Assembly (NCBI GenBank): GCA_022843845.1
Contig: JALHMW010000002.1
Coordinates: forward strand, 91,559 to 155,558
From: Archangium sp.
GTDB lineage: Bacteria > Myxococcota > Myxococcia > Myxococcales > Myxococcaceae
DNA: 64,000 nt
Direction: 5' to 3'
Positions 36,817 to 46,322 of this stretch are shown piece by piece. Every line of letters begins with the position of its first letter. The stretch's first letter is position 1. The notes beneath the pieces were generated by a model. That model had not been told where the DNA came from. It was given only the letters and a program-made list of their open reading frames with translations, and searched no databases. The position numbers and the translations under genes were made by a program.

Positions 36817-39381
36817 TCACCGCACCTCGGGAAGGAAGAGCTTCAGCTGCGTCACCAGATCGGTCGTCGGCTTGCCGGGCACCAGGCGCTTGTTCTGCTC
36901 GGCGAGGAAACCCTGCTCCACCAGATAGGTCAGCGCGTTCTCGAGCGCCGACTTCGACACGGCCTCGGCCGAGATGATCGTTCCGCCCAGGAAGTCGGCG
37001 CGGCCGTTCTCGAGCGCCTTCTTGAGGAAGTCCTTCTTGTCCTGGCCGTCCTTCGGCGCGTCGGCCGCCTGCCGGGCCGCGAGCAGGTACGACTCGAGGA
37101 CGTCGAGCAGCAGATCGGCGAGGAACTGCACCGCCGGCCTGACGTGCGCCTCTGGCGCGACCGAGACCGTCTGCTCCTGCCGTACGAGGAGCCCCAGCGT
37201 CGTGAGGTGCACCACCGTCGCGTCGAAGATGTTCTCGAAGGTCTGGCCGACCGGGTAGATGAACTCCATCTTGAGCAAGCGAGAGAGCACCAGCGCGCGC
37301 TCCCGAATCGCGCCCATGCTCGGCGCCACGTGATCAGCGGCTTTCCCCGACTCGACTGACAGCAGCGCGGCGCAGACGATCGTGCGGCCCGCGATCAGGT
37401 TCATCAGCGTGTTCTTGTAGAAGGTCAGCTCGGTGCGGCGGTCTTCCTCGACCTGGTAGATCGGCTCCCCGCGCGCCTCGACGATGCGCACGAACTTCTC
37501 GGAGGCGAACATGCGCATCGCGTCTTGAATCGGGCCCAGCACGGTCGGCGACGACGGCGAGTCCTTCAGCTGCACCGAGAGCGGCGCCTTGAGGTCGGTC
37601 GCCATCTGGCGCAGCAGCATCACGCGATCGGTGATCTCCCGCACCGAGATGCCGCGGCGGCGGTGGGCGAGCAGGGCCGAGGCGAGCAGGGCGTGCGGCG
37701 TCACGGTCGAGACGCGCGAGATGCCGTGCATCACGCGGTGGCCGAGCGCCCGAACGAGCGTCTTCTTCTGCTCGTCGGTGGCCGTGAGGCGGTCGATGCC
37801 GCGCTCCTTCATCAACTGGGCGACCGACACCGGCTCGTCGAAGGTGAGGTGAATGCGGCCGTAGTTCTCGGCCAGCACGCTCGGCGCAGACAACAACGCC
37901 TTCAAGTCCTCCGGCTTCTTCTCACCACCCGCCAGCTCCGCCCGGTAGCTCGCGCCCTCGACGACCTTCTCGTAGTCGATGGCGACCGGCACGAAGAGCA
38001 GATCGTTGCGCGCGCCCTCGATGACTGCGTCGACCAGCCAGGTGAAGAGGCCCAGCTTCGGCGTCAAGAGCTTGCCGGTGCGCGAGCGGCCGCCCTCGGG
38101 GAAGAACTCGTGGTGAATGCCGTCGTGCACCAGCTTCTTCAGGTACGCCTTGAAGACGGCCGTGTAGAGCTTGTCGCCCTTGAAGGTGCGCCGGAGGAAG
38201 AAGGCCCCACCGCGGCGAAGGAACGGCCCGAGCGGGAAGAACGACAGGTTCGCGCCAGCGGCGACCAGCGGCACCGTGTAGCCACGCTGGAAGAGCACGT
38301 AGCTCATGATCAGGTAGTCGACGTGGCTCTTGTGTGACGGCGTCAACACCATCGGCGCGTGCGCCGCGGCCTTCATCGCGCGCTCCAGGCCGACCTCGTC
38401 GACCTCGACCCCGTCGTAGATGCGGTTGAACACCCAGTGGAGGATCGGCGCCGTGAAGCCCACCACGCTCGGGCTGTAGCGCGCCGCGATCGAGGCGAAG
38501 TTGCGTTTGGCGGTGCGGTTGAGCGAGTCGATGCTCTTGTTCTGTTCCTTCGCGACCTCGGCGACCGATTGCTGGAAGACCTTGTCGCGCATCGCCTCGT
38601 CGATGAGTCGATCGGTCGGCTTTCGAGGCGGCCCGAAGACGGAGCGGGTCTCTCGCGCGAGGTGGTGGTGAATCGTGCTGCGCGCCTTGCGGGCGATCAC
38701 CTCGGTCGGCTCGTTCGGGTGATCGGCGACGAACGCCTTGAGATCGATCGCCTCACCGACCCTGAACTGGGCGCGCTTGTAGTTGCGGAAGAACGCGCCC
38801 ACCGAGTGGAGGAAGCCCGGGGCCTCGGGGCTTCCGAAGATGCGATCGAAGACGCTGGGCGTGATCTTCTGCAGCCACTTCTCCCAGACGAACAGCTCAG
38901 GCACGAGGAAGACTGGCGTCTCGGACTTGCGCGCCAGCTCGACCAGCGCCGGGAACGGATCCTCTCCGTGTTTGCCGCGCGCCGAGTTGAACGAGCTCTC
39001 CTTGAGGAAGACGAGGCCCGAGCCGCCTTGCCGACGTGCGTACGTGAAGCGCACGTCGAAGTCGCCGCGCTGGGCCGCGAGCGTGAACGGGCGCGTGAAC
39101 CACGGCCGCAGGTTCACCACCGCGCGCACGGGAGGCAGGCCGCGCCGCACCATCGCCCAGTGCAGGTAGAGGAAGTTCACCCACGCGGTCGTGCGCATGA
39201 CGTGCACGACGAAGCCCTTCTGATGGAGCGCCTTCAGCTCATCCACGGCGCCTTGCGCGAAGCGCACCGGCTCGAAGTAGCGGCGGCTCATCCATCGGCC
39301 GGCCGGCCCGAACTCGCGATGGAGCTGTGGGGAGACCTCAGCCTCGGGTTTGGCGATCAGGGCGTCCACCGCGCGGACCAT
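36817..39381 (-). CDS. plsB: Glycerol-3-phosphate acyltransferase PlsB
   Basis: 854 aa with the HxxxxD acyltransferase block (SHKSHVDYL), FFPEGGRSRTGKLL, and overall PlsB length and architecture. Confidence 0.9.
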   Translation of the reverse strand: MVRAVDALIAKPEAEVSPQLHREFGPAGRWMSRRYFEPVRFAQGAVDELKALHQKGFVVHVMRTTAWVNFLYLHWAMVRRGLPPVRAVVNLRPWFTRPFTLAAQRGDFDVRFTYARRQGGSGLVFLKESSFNSARGKHGEDPFPALVELARKSETPVFLVPELFVWEKWLQKITPSVFDRIFGSPEAPGFLHSVGAFFRNYKRAQFRVGEAIDLKAFVADHPNEPTEVIARKARSTIHHHLARETRSVFGPPRKPTDRLIDEAMRDKVFQQSVAEVAKEQNKSIDSLNRTAKRNFASIAARYSPSVVGFTAPILHWVFNRIYDGVEVDEVGLERAMKAAAHAPMVLTPSHKSHVDYLIMSYVLFQRGYTVPLVAAGANLSFFPLGPFLRRGGAFFLRRTFKGDKLYTAVFKAYLKKLVHDGIHHEFFPEGGRSRTGKLLTPKLGLFTWLVDAVIEGARNDLLFVPVAIDYEKVVEGASYRAELAGGEKKPEDLKALLSAPSVLAENYGRIHLTFDEPVSVAQLMKERGIDRLTATDEQKKTLVRALGHRVMHGISRVSTVTPHALLASALLAHRRRGISVREITDRVMLLRQMATDLKAPLSVQLKDSPSSPTVLGPIQDAMRMFASEKFVRIVEARGEPIYQVEEDRRTELTFYKNTLMNLIAGRTIVCAALLSVESGKAADHVAPSMGAIRERALVLSRLLKMEFIYPVGQTFENIFDATVVHLTTLGLLVRQEQTVSVAPEAHVRPAVQFLADLLLDVLESYLLAARQAADAPKDGQDKKDFLKKALENGRADFLGGTIISAEAVSKSALENALTYLVEQGFLAEQNKRLVPGKPTTDLVTQLKLFLPEVR

Positions 39382-39460
39382 ACCGGTAACCCCTCGACTG
39401 GCTGAGGGCCTTTTGAGTCATACGGTTGCTTTGGACGCGGCACGTCGGCACAGTCTCGGT

Positions 39461-40105
39461 ATGGCTCGCTCGTTCTTCCTCATCGCGGCGCTCGTTGGCA
39501 GCCTGGCCTTCGCTCAGCATCAAAACGGCGGTGTGTGGACTGGCTATGTCGGTGGCTGGAAGCCCAACACCTCGCCTGGCTTCTCGAGCTACTCACAGTT
39601 TCCGGCGGCGACAGTGTGGGGGAACAACTTCAGCACCTCCCACAGGCAACGCTCGCAGGTCTTCGCGGTGCCATTCTTCATCAACACGGGCGTCTCGGTT
39701 CAGCAGGAGCAGGACAGCCGCAACGCTGCCGCGGAGCAGGCCGAGCAGCGCCGTGCGTGGGAAGCGGAGCAGGCGCGTCAGCAGCTCCAGGCGCAGGTCG
39801 AGAACGAGCGTCGCGTCGCGGCTGAGCGCGAGGCCCTCTTCCACCAACAGCTCGAGGCGGAGCGCAGGCTCTCGGCCGAGCGTGAGGCGCTCGCGCAGGA
39901 ACGGTTGAGGCTGGAGCGGGAGCACGCCGCGAGGCTCGCGGTGGTGTTGCAGCCACCGCCGCCTCCCGAGCCCGTCCGCCCAGAGGCGCCGCGGACCCCC
40001 GGCAACGACATCTACCGGTGGACCGACGCGGACGGCGTGGTGCACTACTCGACGAACGTGCCCGACTCCGCCAAGGCCAGCGCGAAGAAGGTCGGCGGCC
40101 GCTAA
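39461..40105 (+). CDS. Secreted coiled-coil protein with a C-terminal DUF4124 domain
   Basis: Signal MARSFFLIAALVGSLAFA. An E/R/Q coiled-coil. C-terminal DIYRWTDADGVVHYSTNVP (DUF4124 motif). Confidence 0.55.
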   Translation: MARSFFLIAALVGSLAFAQHQNGGVWTGYVGGWKPNTSPGFSSYSQFPAATVWGNNFSTSHRQRSQVFAVPFFINTGVSVQQEQDSRNAAAEQAEQRRAWEAEQARQQLQAQVENERRVAAEREALFHQQLEAERRLSAEREALAQERLRLEREHAARLAVVLQPPPPPEPVRPEAPRTPGNDIYRWTDADGVVHYSTNVPDSAKASAKKVGGR

Positions 40106-40159
40106 AGCCTGACGAAGCGCTTGCCGCCGGGAGCGTTCCGCGCGAAATCGGTCGGCACC

Positions 40160-41125
40160 ATGGCCAGCCCCGCCCACTCCCTCGACTTCGAGCGCCCCTT
40201 GTTGGAGCTCGAGAAGAAGATCGGTGATCTGCGCAGCATCTCCCGCTCCGGCGCCGTCGACATGACGGTCGAGATCGGGCGCCTCGAGAAGAAGGCGAAG
40301 CGGCTGCAGGAAGAGATCTTCAACGAACTCTCGCGCTGGCAGATCGTTCAGCTCTCCCGCCACAACGCGCGCCCATACTTCCTCGACTACGTGAACTTCC
40401 TGTTCACCGACTACTGCGAGCTCGCGGGCGATCGGCTCTTCGGAGAGGACCCGTCGATCATCGGCGGCTTCGCGCGCTTCGACGGGCAGCCGGTCTTCGT
40501 CATGGGCCACCAGAAGGGCCGCAGCACGAAGGAGAACATGCTGCGGAACTTCGGCATGCCCCGCCCCGAGGGCTACCGGAAGTCGAAGCGCCTGTTCGAG
40601 CTCGCCGCGCGCTTCAATCGCCCGATCCTCACCTTCGTCGACACGCCGGGCGCGTACCCGGGCATCGGCGCCGAGGAGCGCGGTCAGGCCGAAGCGATCG
40701 CCACCAACCTCGAGGTGATGTCGGGCCTGCCGGTGCCGGTGATCAGCACGGTGATCGGCGAGGGCGGCTCCGGTGGAGCGCTCGCGATCGGCGTCGGCAA
40801 CCGCGTGCTGATGATGCAGTACAGCATCTACTCGGTCATCTCTCCCGAGGGCTGCGCGTCGATTCTGTTCCGCGACGCGACCCGCGCAGACAAGGCCGCC
40901 GAGGCGCTCAAGCTGGTCGCCACCGATCTGAAGGCGCTCGGGGTGATCGACGAGGTGATCGCCGAGCCAGCCGGAGGCGCCCACCGCGATCCCGCCGCGG
41001 CGGCGCAGTCGCTCGGCACCGCGCTCCGCAAACACCTGCGCGAGCTCTCACGTCTCAAGCCCGACCAGCTGGTCGATCAGCGCTACGACAAGTTCCGCGC
41101 GCTCGGCGTCTTCTCGGGGAAGTAG
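40160..41125 (+). CDS. accA: Acetyl-CoA carboxylase carboxyltransferase alpha subunit
   Basis: LDFERPLLELEKKIGDL.., GGFARFDGQPVFVMGHQKG, TFVDTPGAYPGIGAEERGQ. Confidence 0.9.
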   Translation: MASPAHSLDFERPLLELEKKIGDLRSISRSGAVDMTVEIGRLEKKAKRLQEEIFNELSRWQIVQLSRHNARPYFLDYVNFLFTDYCELAGDRLFGEDPSIIGGFARFDGQPVFVMGHQKGRSTKENMLRNFGMPRPEGYRKSKRLFELAARFNRPILTFVDTPGAYPGIGAEERGQAEAIATNLEVMSGLPVPVISTVIGEGGSGGALAIGVGNRVLMMQYSIYSVISPEGCASILFRDATRADKAAEALKLVATDLKALGVIDEVIAEPAGGAHRDPAAAAQSLGTALRKHLRELSRLKPDQLVDQRYDKFRALGVFSGK

Positions 41126-41129
41126 TGAC

Positions 41130-41813
41130 ATGACGCGCCCGCTCATCGTCGCCATCGACGGCCCTGCCGGAGCGGGCAAGTCCTCCGTCTCGAAGATTCT
41201 CGCGCGGCGGCTGGGCTTCACCCTCGTCGACACTGGCGCGATCTACCGCTGCGTCGCGCTCGAGGCCCGGCGCCAGGGCATCGCGCTCGACGACGACCCG
41301 AAGCTCGAGGTGCTGCTCCAGGGACTGCGCGTCACGTTCCAGATCGAAGACGATCAGAACCACGTCTTCATCGATGGCAAAGACGTGTCGGAGGCGATTC
41401 GGAACCCCGAGAACTCGCTCGCTGCCTCGCAGGTCTCGAGCCGGCCGGTGGTGCGAAACCACCTGCTCGACGTTCAGCGCAGGCTGGCGCTCTCGGCGAA
41501 GCACGGTGCGATCCTCGAGGGCAGGGACATCGGCACCGTGGTGTTCCCCGACGCCGACGTGAAGGTGTTTCTCTTCGCGAACCCCGAGATCCGCGCCCGC
41601 CGGCGCTTCGAGGAGCTCTTCGAGAAGGGCAGCGAGAAGCCGATCTCCCAGGTGCTCGACGAGCAGAACCGCCGCGACCGGGAAGACTCGCAGCGAGAGG
41701 TCGCGCCGCTGAAGGCTGCCGATGACGCGGTGCAGATCGACTCGACCGGGCTCCCGCTCTCCCAGGTGGTTCAGCAGATCGAAGATCTCGTGCAGAGTCG
41801 GCGGCGTGCGTAG
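41130..41813 (+). CDS. cmk: Cytidylate kinase
   Basis: IVAIDGPAGAGKSSVSK P-loop, DTGAIYR, the CMP-kinase fold. Confidence 0.9.
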   Translation: MTRPLIVAIDGPAGAGKSSVSKILARRLGFTLVDTGAIYRCVALEARRQGIALDDDPKLEVLLQGLRVTFQIEDDQNHVFIDGKDVSEAIRNPENSLAASQVSSRPVVRNHLLDVQRRLALSAKHGAILEGRDIGTVVFPDADVKVFLFANPEIRARRRFEELFEKGSEKPISQVLDEQNRRDREDSQREVAPLKAADDAVQIDSTGLPLSQVVQQIEDLVQSRRRA

Positions 41814-43038
41814 CGCGATCGCTCTCCTGACGGGCCTCGTGGCGGGAGCCGCGTTCGCGCACGGCCTGGCCCCACAGACGCTCGGCGTCGCGCCCAACCC
41901 CTGGACGCCCGGCGGGCTCGTCGTACCCACCACGTTCGGGCTGCTCGTCACCGACGATCGCTGCACCTGGCAATGGGTCTGCCCCGATCACCTCGGGCTG
42001 GGTCCTCGTGAACAACCCACGTGGTTCGCGACGCCATCGGGGACGCTCTTCGCCGCCGCGTTCTCAGGGCTCTACGTCAGTCGAGATCGTGGCTGCTCGT
42101 TCAGCAAGCAGTCCTTCTTCGATGGCACGGGGGCGGCGGATCTCGCGGTGGGGGAGGGCGCGCTCTTCGTCACCTCTTCGAAGTTCGGCGTGATGAACGG
42201 CCTCGCGGTGTCGACCGACGATGGGCAGACGTTCGGCTGGACGTCGCTGCGGGAGAACGACGCGTTCTTCAACTCGGTGAAGCTCGCGCCGTCGCGGCCG
42301 CAGAGACTCTACGTCTCGAGCTGGTTCCTCGAGCCACGCCGTGCCCGCCTGTCTGTGAGCGACGACCGGGGCCAGACGTTCACCGCCATCGACGTGCCGG
42401 TGACCCTGGCGCCCGGCTCGGTGTTCCTCGTTCACGCGGTCTCGACGTCCGATCCCGACCTCGTCTTCGCCTCGATCACCGACGACTCGGCGCTCCCCGC
42501 TCGATCGTCGCTGCTCCGAAGTGTCGACGGTGGGCGAACCTTCAGCGTCGTGCTGCAGGCCGACGGGCGCGTCTCGAGCGTCGCGCAGGACGGCGCGCGC
42601 TGGTGGGTGGCGGTGGGCGATCGTGTGTTCACCTCGACCGACGGCGTGTCGTTCGCCGTGCTCCCCAGCCCGAAACAGCGTGCGTGTGTCGCGCGCGTCG
42701 AGGCCGAGACGCTGGTGTGTGGGCGGCAGCCAGTCGAAGACGGCTTCGGGCTGGCGACGCTGGGAGCGGGCGTCACGCCCATGCTCACGTGGGACCGGAT
42801 CTCGGGGCCCATTTCGTGCCCAGCCGGGTCGCCTGCAGCAACGGCCTGCGCAGTGACGTGGCCGGTGGAGCTGGCGGAGCTGGGGTTGCCCGCCGATCAT
42901 GTTGCAGCCTGTGGCGCTCCAGTGCCTGAGCCGCCAGCGAAGAAGACCGGGTGTGAAACCACCTCGGGCGGACTGCTCCTCGCCGCGGCGGGCTTCTTCC
43001 TGCAGAGGCGCAGAAGAGTAGAGTCGGGCGGCGAATGA
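41806..43038 (+). CDS. Secreted BNR/Asp-box repeat protein with a MYXO-CTERM sorting tail
   Basis: The GTG start overlaps the cmk stop. Signal peptide. Asp-box-like STDDGQTFGW, SDDRGQTFTA, SVDGGRTFSV, STDGVSFAV. C-terminal GCETTSGGLLLAAAGFFLQRRRR (Cys, hydrophobic, Arg cluster). Confidence 0.6.
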   Translation: MRSAIALLTGLVAGAAFAHGLAPQTLGVAPNPWTPGGLVVPTTFGLLVTDDRCTWQWVCPDHLGLGPREQPTWFATPSGTLFAAAFSGLYVSRDRGCSFSKQSFFDGTGAADLAVGEGALFVTSSKFGVMNGLAVSTDDGQTFGWTSLRENDAFFNSVKLAPSRPQRLYVSSWFLEPRRARLSVSDDRGQTFTAIDVPVTLAPGSVFLVHAVSTSDPDLVFASITDDSALPARSSLLRSVDGGRTFSVVLQADGRVSSVAQDGARWWVAVGDRVFTSTDGVSFAVLPSPKQRACVARVEAETLVCGRQPVEDGFGLATLGAGVTPMLTWDRISGPISCPAGSPAATACAVTWPVELAELGLPADHVAACGAPVPEPPAKKTGCETTSGGLLLAAAGFFLQRRRRVESGGE

Positions 43039-44873
43039 AGCTGGCCCCAGACGAATTCACGGGCAGAAGCTACGGGAAGTACGAGGTGCTCTGTCGCCTG
43101 GCCGTTGGAGGCATGGCGGAGATCTTCCTCGGCTTTGCCCGTTCGGGGCCTTTTGCGAATCGTCCGGTGGTGCTGAAGAACATTCTGCCCGAGCAGCGCG
43201 AAGACCCCGTCGCGTTGCAGATGCTGCTCGATGAAGCGCGAGTGACGGCCACGCTGTCTCACGCGAACGTCGCGCAGGTCGTCGATCTCGAGCGCGCCGG
43301 CGAAGACGTGCTGATGGTGATCGAGTTCATCCAGGGCGCGAACCTCGAAGAGATCGTCGAGGCCTGGACGAAGCAGAACGAAGCCGTGCCGCTGGGCTAC
43401 GCGCTCTCGGTGATTCGTGAAGCGGCCCAGGGTCTCGCGCACGCACACCTGCACAAAGACGCGCGCGGTCAGGCGCAGCCGATCGTTCACCGCGACGTGA
43501 CGCCGCGTAACATCATGACGGGCTTCGACGGCGCCACGAAGATGCTCGACTTCGGCATCGCGCGGGCCATGGGCGCTCAGCGTCGCACGGTGGCCGGCAT
43601 GGTGCGCGGCACCACCGCGTACATGTCGCCGGAGCAGGCCGTCGGCAAAGACCTCGACCCGCGCAGCGATCTCTTCTCACTCGGCATCATCTTCCACGAG
43701 CTGCTCACCGGGCAGCGGCTGTTCCTGCGAGGCAACGCCGGCGCCGAGATGGCGGCCGTCTACGAGTCCGAGATTCCCCTGCCGTCGAAGGTGAACCGGC
43801 GAGTTCCCAAAGCGCTCGACTCGGTGGTGATGAAGGCGCTCGAGCGCAACCGCGACAAGCGGTACCAGAGCGCGGTCGATCTCATCCGCGACCTGTCGCT
43901 GGCCGCGGGTTCGACGGCGTGGTCGAAGGAGCGCTGCGCCGAGATGGTGAAGGAGCGCTTCGTCGAGCGCATGCGCAACATGGAGAAGCTCCTCACGCGC
44001 GTCCCGCGCGAGTCGGTCGGCTCGACGGATCAGCACGCGGCGGTCGTCGAGCCCTCCGAGGGCCGCACGGTGATGGTGCAGCGGCCGACGGCCCCGCCGC
44101 CGCCCCTCGCCTTCGACGTTCCGGTCAGGACGTTGATCGAGTCAGGCCCCGCGGTCGCTGAGCTGCGCGAACGGGCTCGCAAGATCCTCGAGCAGCGGCA
44201 GCAGATCGACCCGACGGGAGAAGCGCCTGAGCACGGCGGCGTGCGAGGGCCGGCCATCCCCATCGAAGCGAAACCAAACCGGCAGGCGGCGCCGACGGTC
44301 GTTGGTTCTCCCAACCGGCAGGCGACCCCCAACCCGCAGCCCGCGAAGGCCTCGAACACGCCGCAGCCGCAGCCGGCGCGGCAGGGCACCCCTCAACCGC
44401 AGGCCAGCCTGAGCGATGAGCTGTTCGGCGATCTCGATGGCAAGGCCGATCGCACCCGGGTGATGCAGGGGCCGCGCATGTCGGCGCGCAACATCCAGAC
44501 GGTGCCGACCGATCCCTCTCGAGAGGCCATCAATCGCCGCGGCGAGGCGTCGCGTGGGCCCATCGTCATCGCGGCGCTGCTCGCGCTGGTGCTCGGCGCC
44601 GGTGGCGGTGTCTTCCTCTTCTCGCGCATGTCGAAATCCGACACGCCAGGCGGGCTGGGGCGTCTGACGGTGCGCAGCGATCGGCCTGTGTCGGTGATGT
44701 TGATGGGGCAGGCGCTCGGCCAGACGCCGCTCGACTCGTGGGTGCCTGCAGGCCACCACGCGTTTCAGCTCAAGGAAGCCGACGGCACGATCCGCGCGCT
44801 CGCCATCGACGTGGTCCCCGGGCAGGTCGTCGTGCAGGACGTGGTGCTCGATAAGTTGCCGAAGGTTCCGTAG
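43035..44873 (+). CDS. Ser/Thr protein kinase with a C-terminal PEGA-like domain
   Basis: VGGMAEIFLG, HRDVTPRNIM, DFGIAR, SPEQ. A Pro/Gln-rich linker and a TM segment (IVIAALLALVLGAGGGVFL), then a PEGA-like beta domain. ATGA overlap with the upstream stop. Confidence 0.85.
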   Translation: MKLAPDEFTGRSYGKYEVLCRLAVGGMAEIFLGFARSGPFANRPVVLKNILPEQREDPVALQMLLDEARVTATLSHANVAQVVDLERAGEDVLMVIEFIQGANLEEIVEAWTKQNEAVPLGYALSVIREAAQGLAHAHLHKDARGQAQPIVHRDVTPRNIMTGFDGATKMLDFGIARAMGAQRRTVAGMVRGTTAYMSPEQAVGKDLDPRSDLFSLGIIFHELLTGQRLFLRGNAGAEMAAVYESEIPLPSKVNRRVPKALDSVVMKALERNRDKRYQSAVDLIRDLSLAAGSTAWSKERCAEMVKERFVERMRNMEKLLTRVPRESVGSTDQHAAVVEPSEGRTVMVQRPTAPPPPLAFDVPVRTLIESGPAVAELRERARKILEQRQQIDPTGEAPEHGGVRGPAIPIEAKPNRQAAPTVVGSPNRQATPNPQPAKASNTPQPQPARQGTPQPQASLSDELFGDLDGKADRTRVMQGPRMSARNIQTVPTDPSREAINRRGEASRGPIVIAALLALVLGAGGGVFLFSRMSKSDTPGGLGRLTVRSDRPVSVMLMGQALGQTPLDSWVPAGHHAFQLKEADGTIRALAIDVVPGQVVVQDVVLDKLPKVP

Positions 44874-44966
44874 CGGCGTTGGCTTCTCGGGCTGGTCGAC
44901 TTGAACGTCAGGCACCGCGACTGCAAGCTCTCCCAGGTCACCTGCGGCCGGCGGGCAAGGAGTCGT

Positions 44967-46265
44967 ATGAAGCTGATTCGTCTGGCGCTGGCCCTCGTCG
45001 TCGCTGGGTGTACGCCGCCGCGCCCCATTCCCGTGCCGACTGTCTCGCCCGACGGTCCGGGGCCCGTTTCTCCGCTCAACCCCGACGGCCCAGGTTCGGC
45101 GCAAGTCACGGTGTTGCCCGAGCAGTTCGTCAGACTCGGTGTTCAGGAGCGCATCTTCCTGCGGCCCGTCGTCGGTGGCGTTCGTGCCTTTGCCTTCGCG
45201 GGCGCGAACGAAGAACAACCGGTGGACTCGATCGAGACGGCCGATGACTCGGTGACCGTCCTGTTCACGGCCCGGGCGCGCGGTCTGATCCAGCTGCGCG
45301 TTGAGAATGCGTCGTCGGAGCTGGTACTCGCCGTTCCGCTCTACGCCGTGAAGAGGCTCGATACCTCGAAGGACTTCGAGCGCACGTTCGTCGACCGAAT
45401 GGACACCTGCTATGAGGGCCCCTTCCGCGCGAAGTCGGGCCGGGTCTTCTGCCGACGCAACAACGACATCTGGGTGTACCGCGACGACGGCTCAATCGAC
45501 GGGAGCTTCCCTGGCGCGAACCTGGCCGTGGTTGGAGACGAGATCTGGTCTGATGACGGCCGTGGCTTCGAGCATCGAACCGATCTCGGCGCCGGAGGAC
45601 TCCGACTCGATGGACGCGTCGATGGCGAGATCGCGCTGCCGTATGGCGAAACGCGGCCGGGCGTGGCGATTCGAGGCGTCAGGAATGGACTGGTCGAGCT
45701 GACGTGGGACGGCCGCTCGCTGGCGGGACGAAGTCTGTCTGGCTTCCCCGACATCGCTCAAGATGCGATTGCGTTGGTCTCACCAGGCGATCTCCGACCC
45801 GTCCTCGCGAGAAATGGGTCGACCTGCACCGTCGCCCGTGGCTGCCAGCAGACGACCTGTCCTTCATTTTTTGCCTGCGCGGAGAATGGCGGGAACCTCC
45901 TCGGGGTGACAGCAACAGACATCTGGCACGTGTTTCCGGAATTCGTCCCGGATGCCAGGCGGGGGGTGCTTCTTCGAACCCCCCGCGACAGCAGCATCAC
46001 CGAGCGAGTCCCGGGCGCGCAGGGCATGATGGACGACGCGTGGCGGACTCGCGGACTCCACCTCTTCCAACCGGATGTGCGATCGGGGGTTGGGTCGGTT
46101 CCTGCAGTGAACTCGACGCTGGGGCGGGGCTCGGTGTTCCCCGACTCGGACGAAAGCGGCGGCTTCCTCTGGCATTGGCAACACCGGGGCGCCCTGATCA
46201 GCGCCAACAGCGACTTCCTCATCGCAACGCGCACGCCGTTCGAGCTCACCGTTCACCCTCGCTGA
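44967..46265 (+). CDS. Lipoprotein, hypothetical
   Basis: AAGGAG SD 5 nt before the ATG. MKLIRLALALVVAGCTPP lipobox. No domain recognised. Confidence 0.5.
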   Translation: MKLIRLALALVVAGCTPPRPIPVPTVSPDGPGPVSPLNPDGPGSAQVTVLPEQFVRLGVQERIFLRPVVGGVRAFAFAGANEEQPVDSIETADDSVTVLFTARARGLIQLRVENASSELVLAVPLYAVKRLDTSKDFERTFVDRMDTCYEGPFRAKSGRVFCRRNNDIWVYRDDGSIDGSFPGANLAVVGDEIWSDDGRGFEHRTDLGAGGLRLDGRVDGEIALPYGETRPGVAIRGVRNGLVELTWDGRSLAGRSLSGFPDIAQDAIALVSPGDLRPVLARNGSTCTVARGCQQTTCPSFFACAENGGNLLGVTATDIWHVFPEFVPDARRGVLLRTPRDSSITERVPGAQGMMDDAWRTRGLHLFQPDVRSGVGSVPAVNSTLGRGSVFPDSDESGGFLWHWQHRGALISANSDFLIATRTPFELTVHPR

Positions 46266-46322
46266 GCACCCGAGCCAGATCAGAAACCCTGATCTCCGTC
46301 GACTCGGAGCGCCCCTGCGAAT

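Noticed and set aside
38359-41035. Plus ORF 38359..39405 and minus ORF 39593..41035
   Set aside because: Antisense shadows of plsB and accA respectively. Both real genes have strong family signatures.
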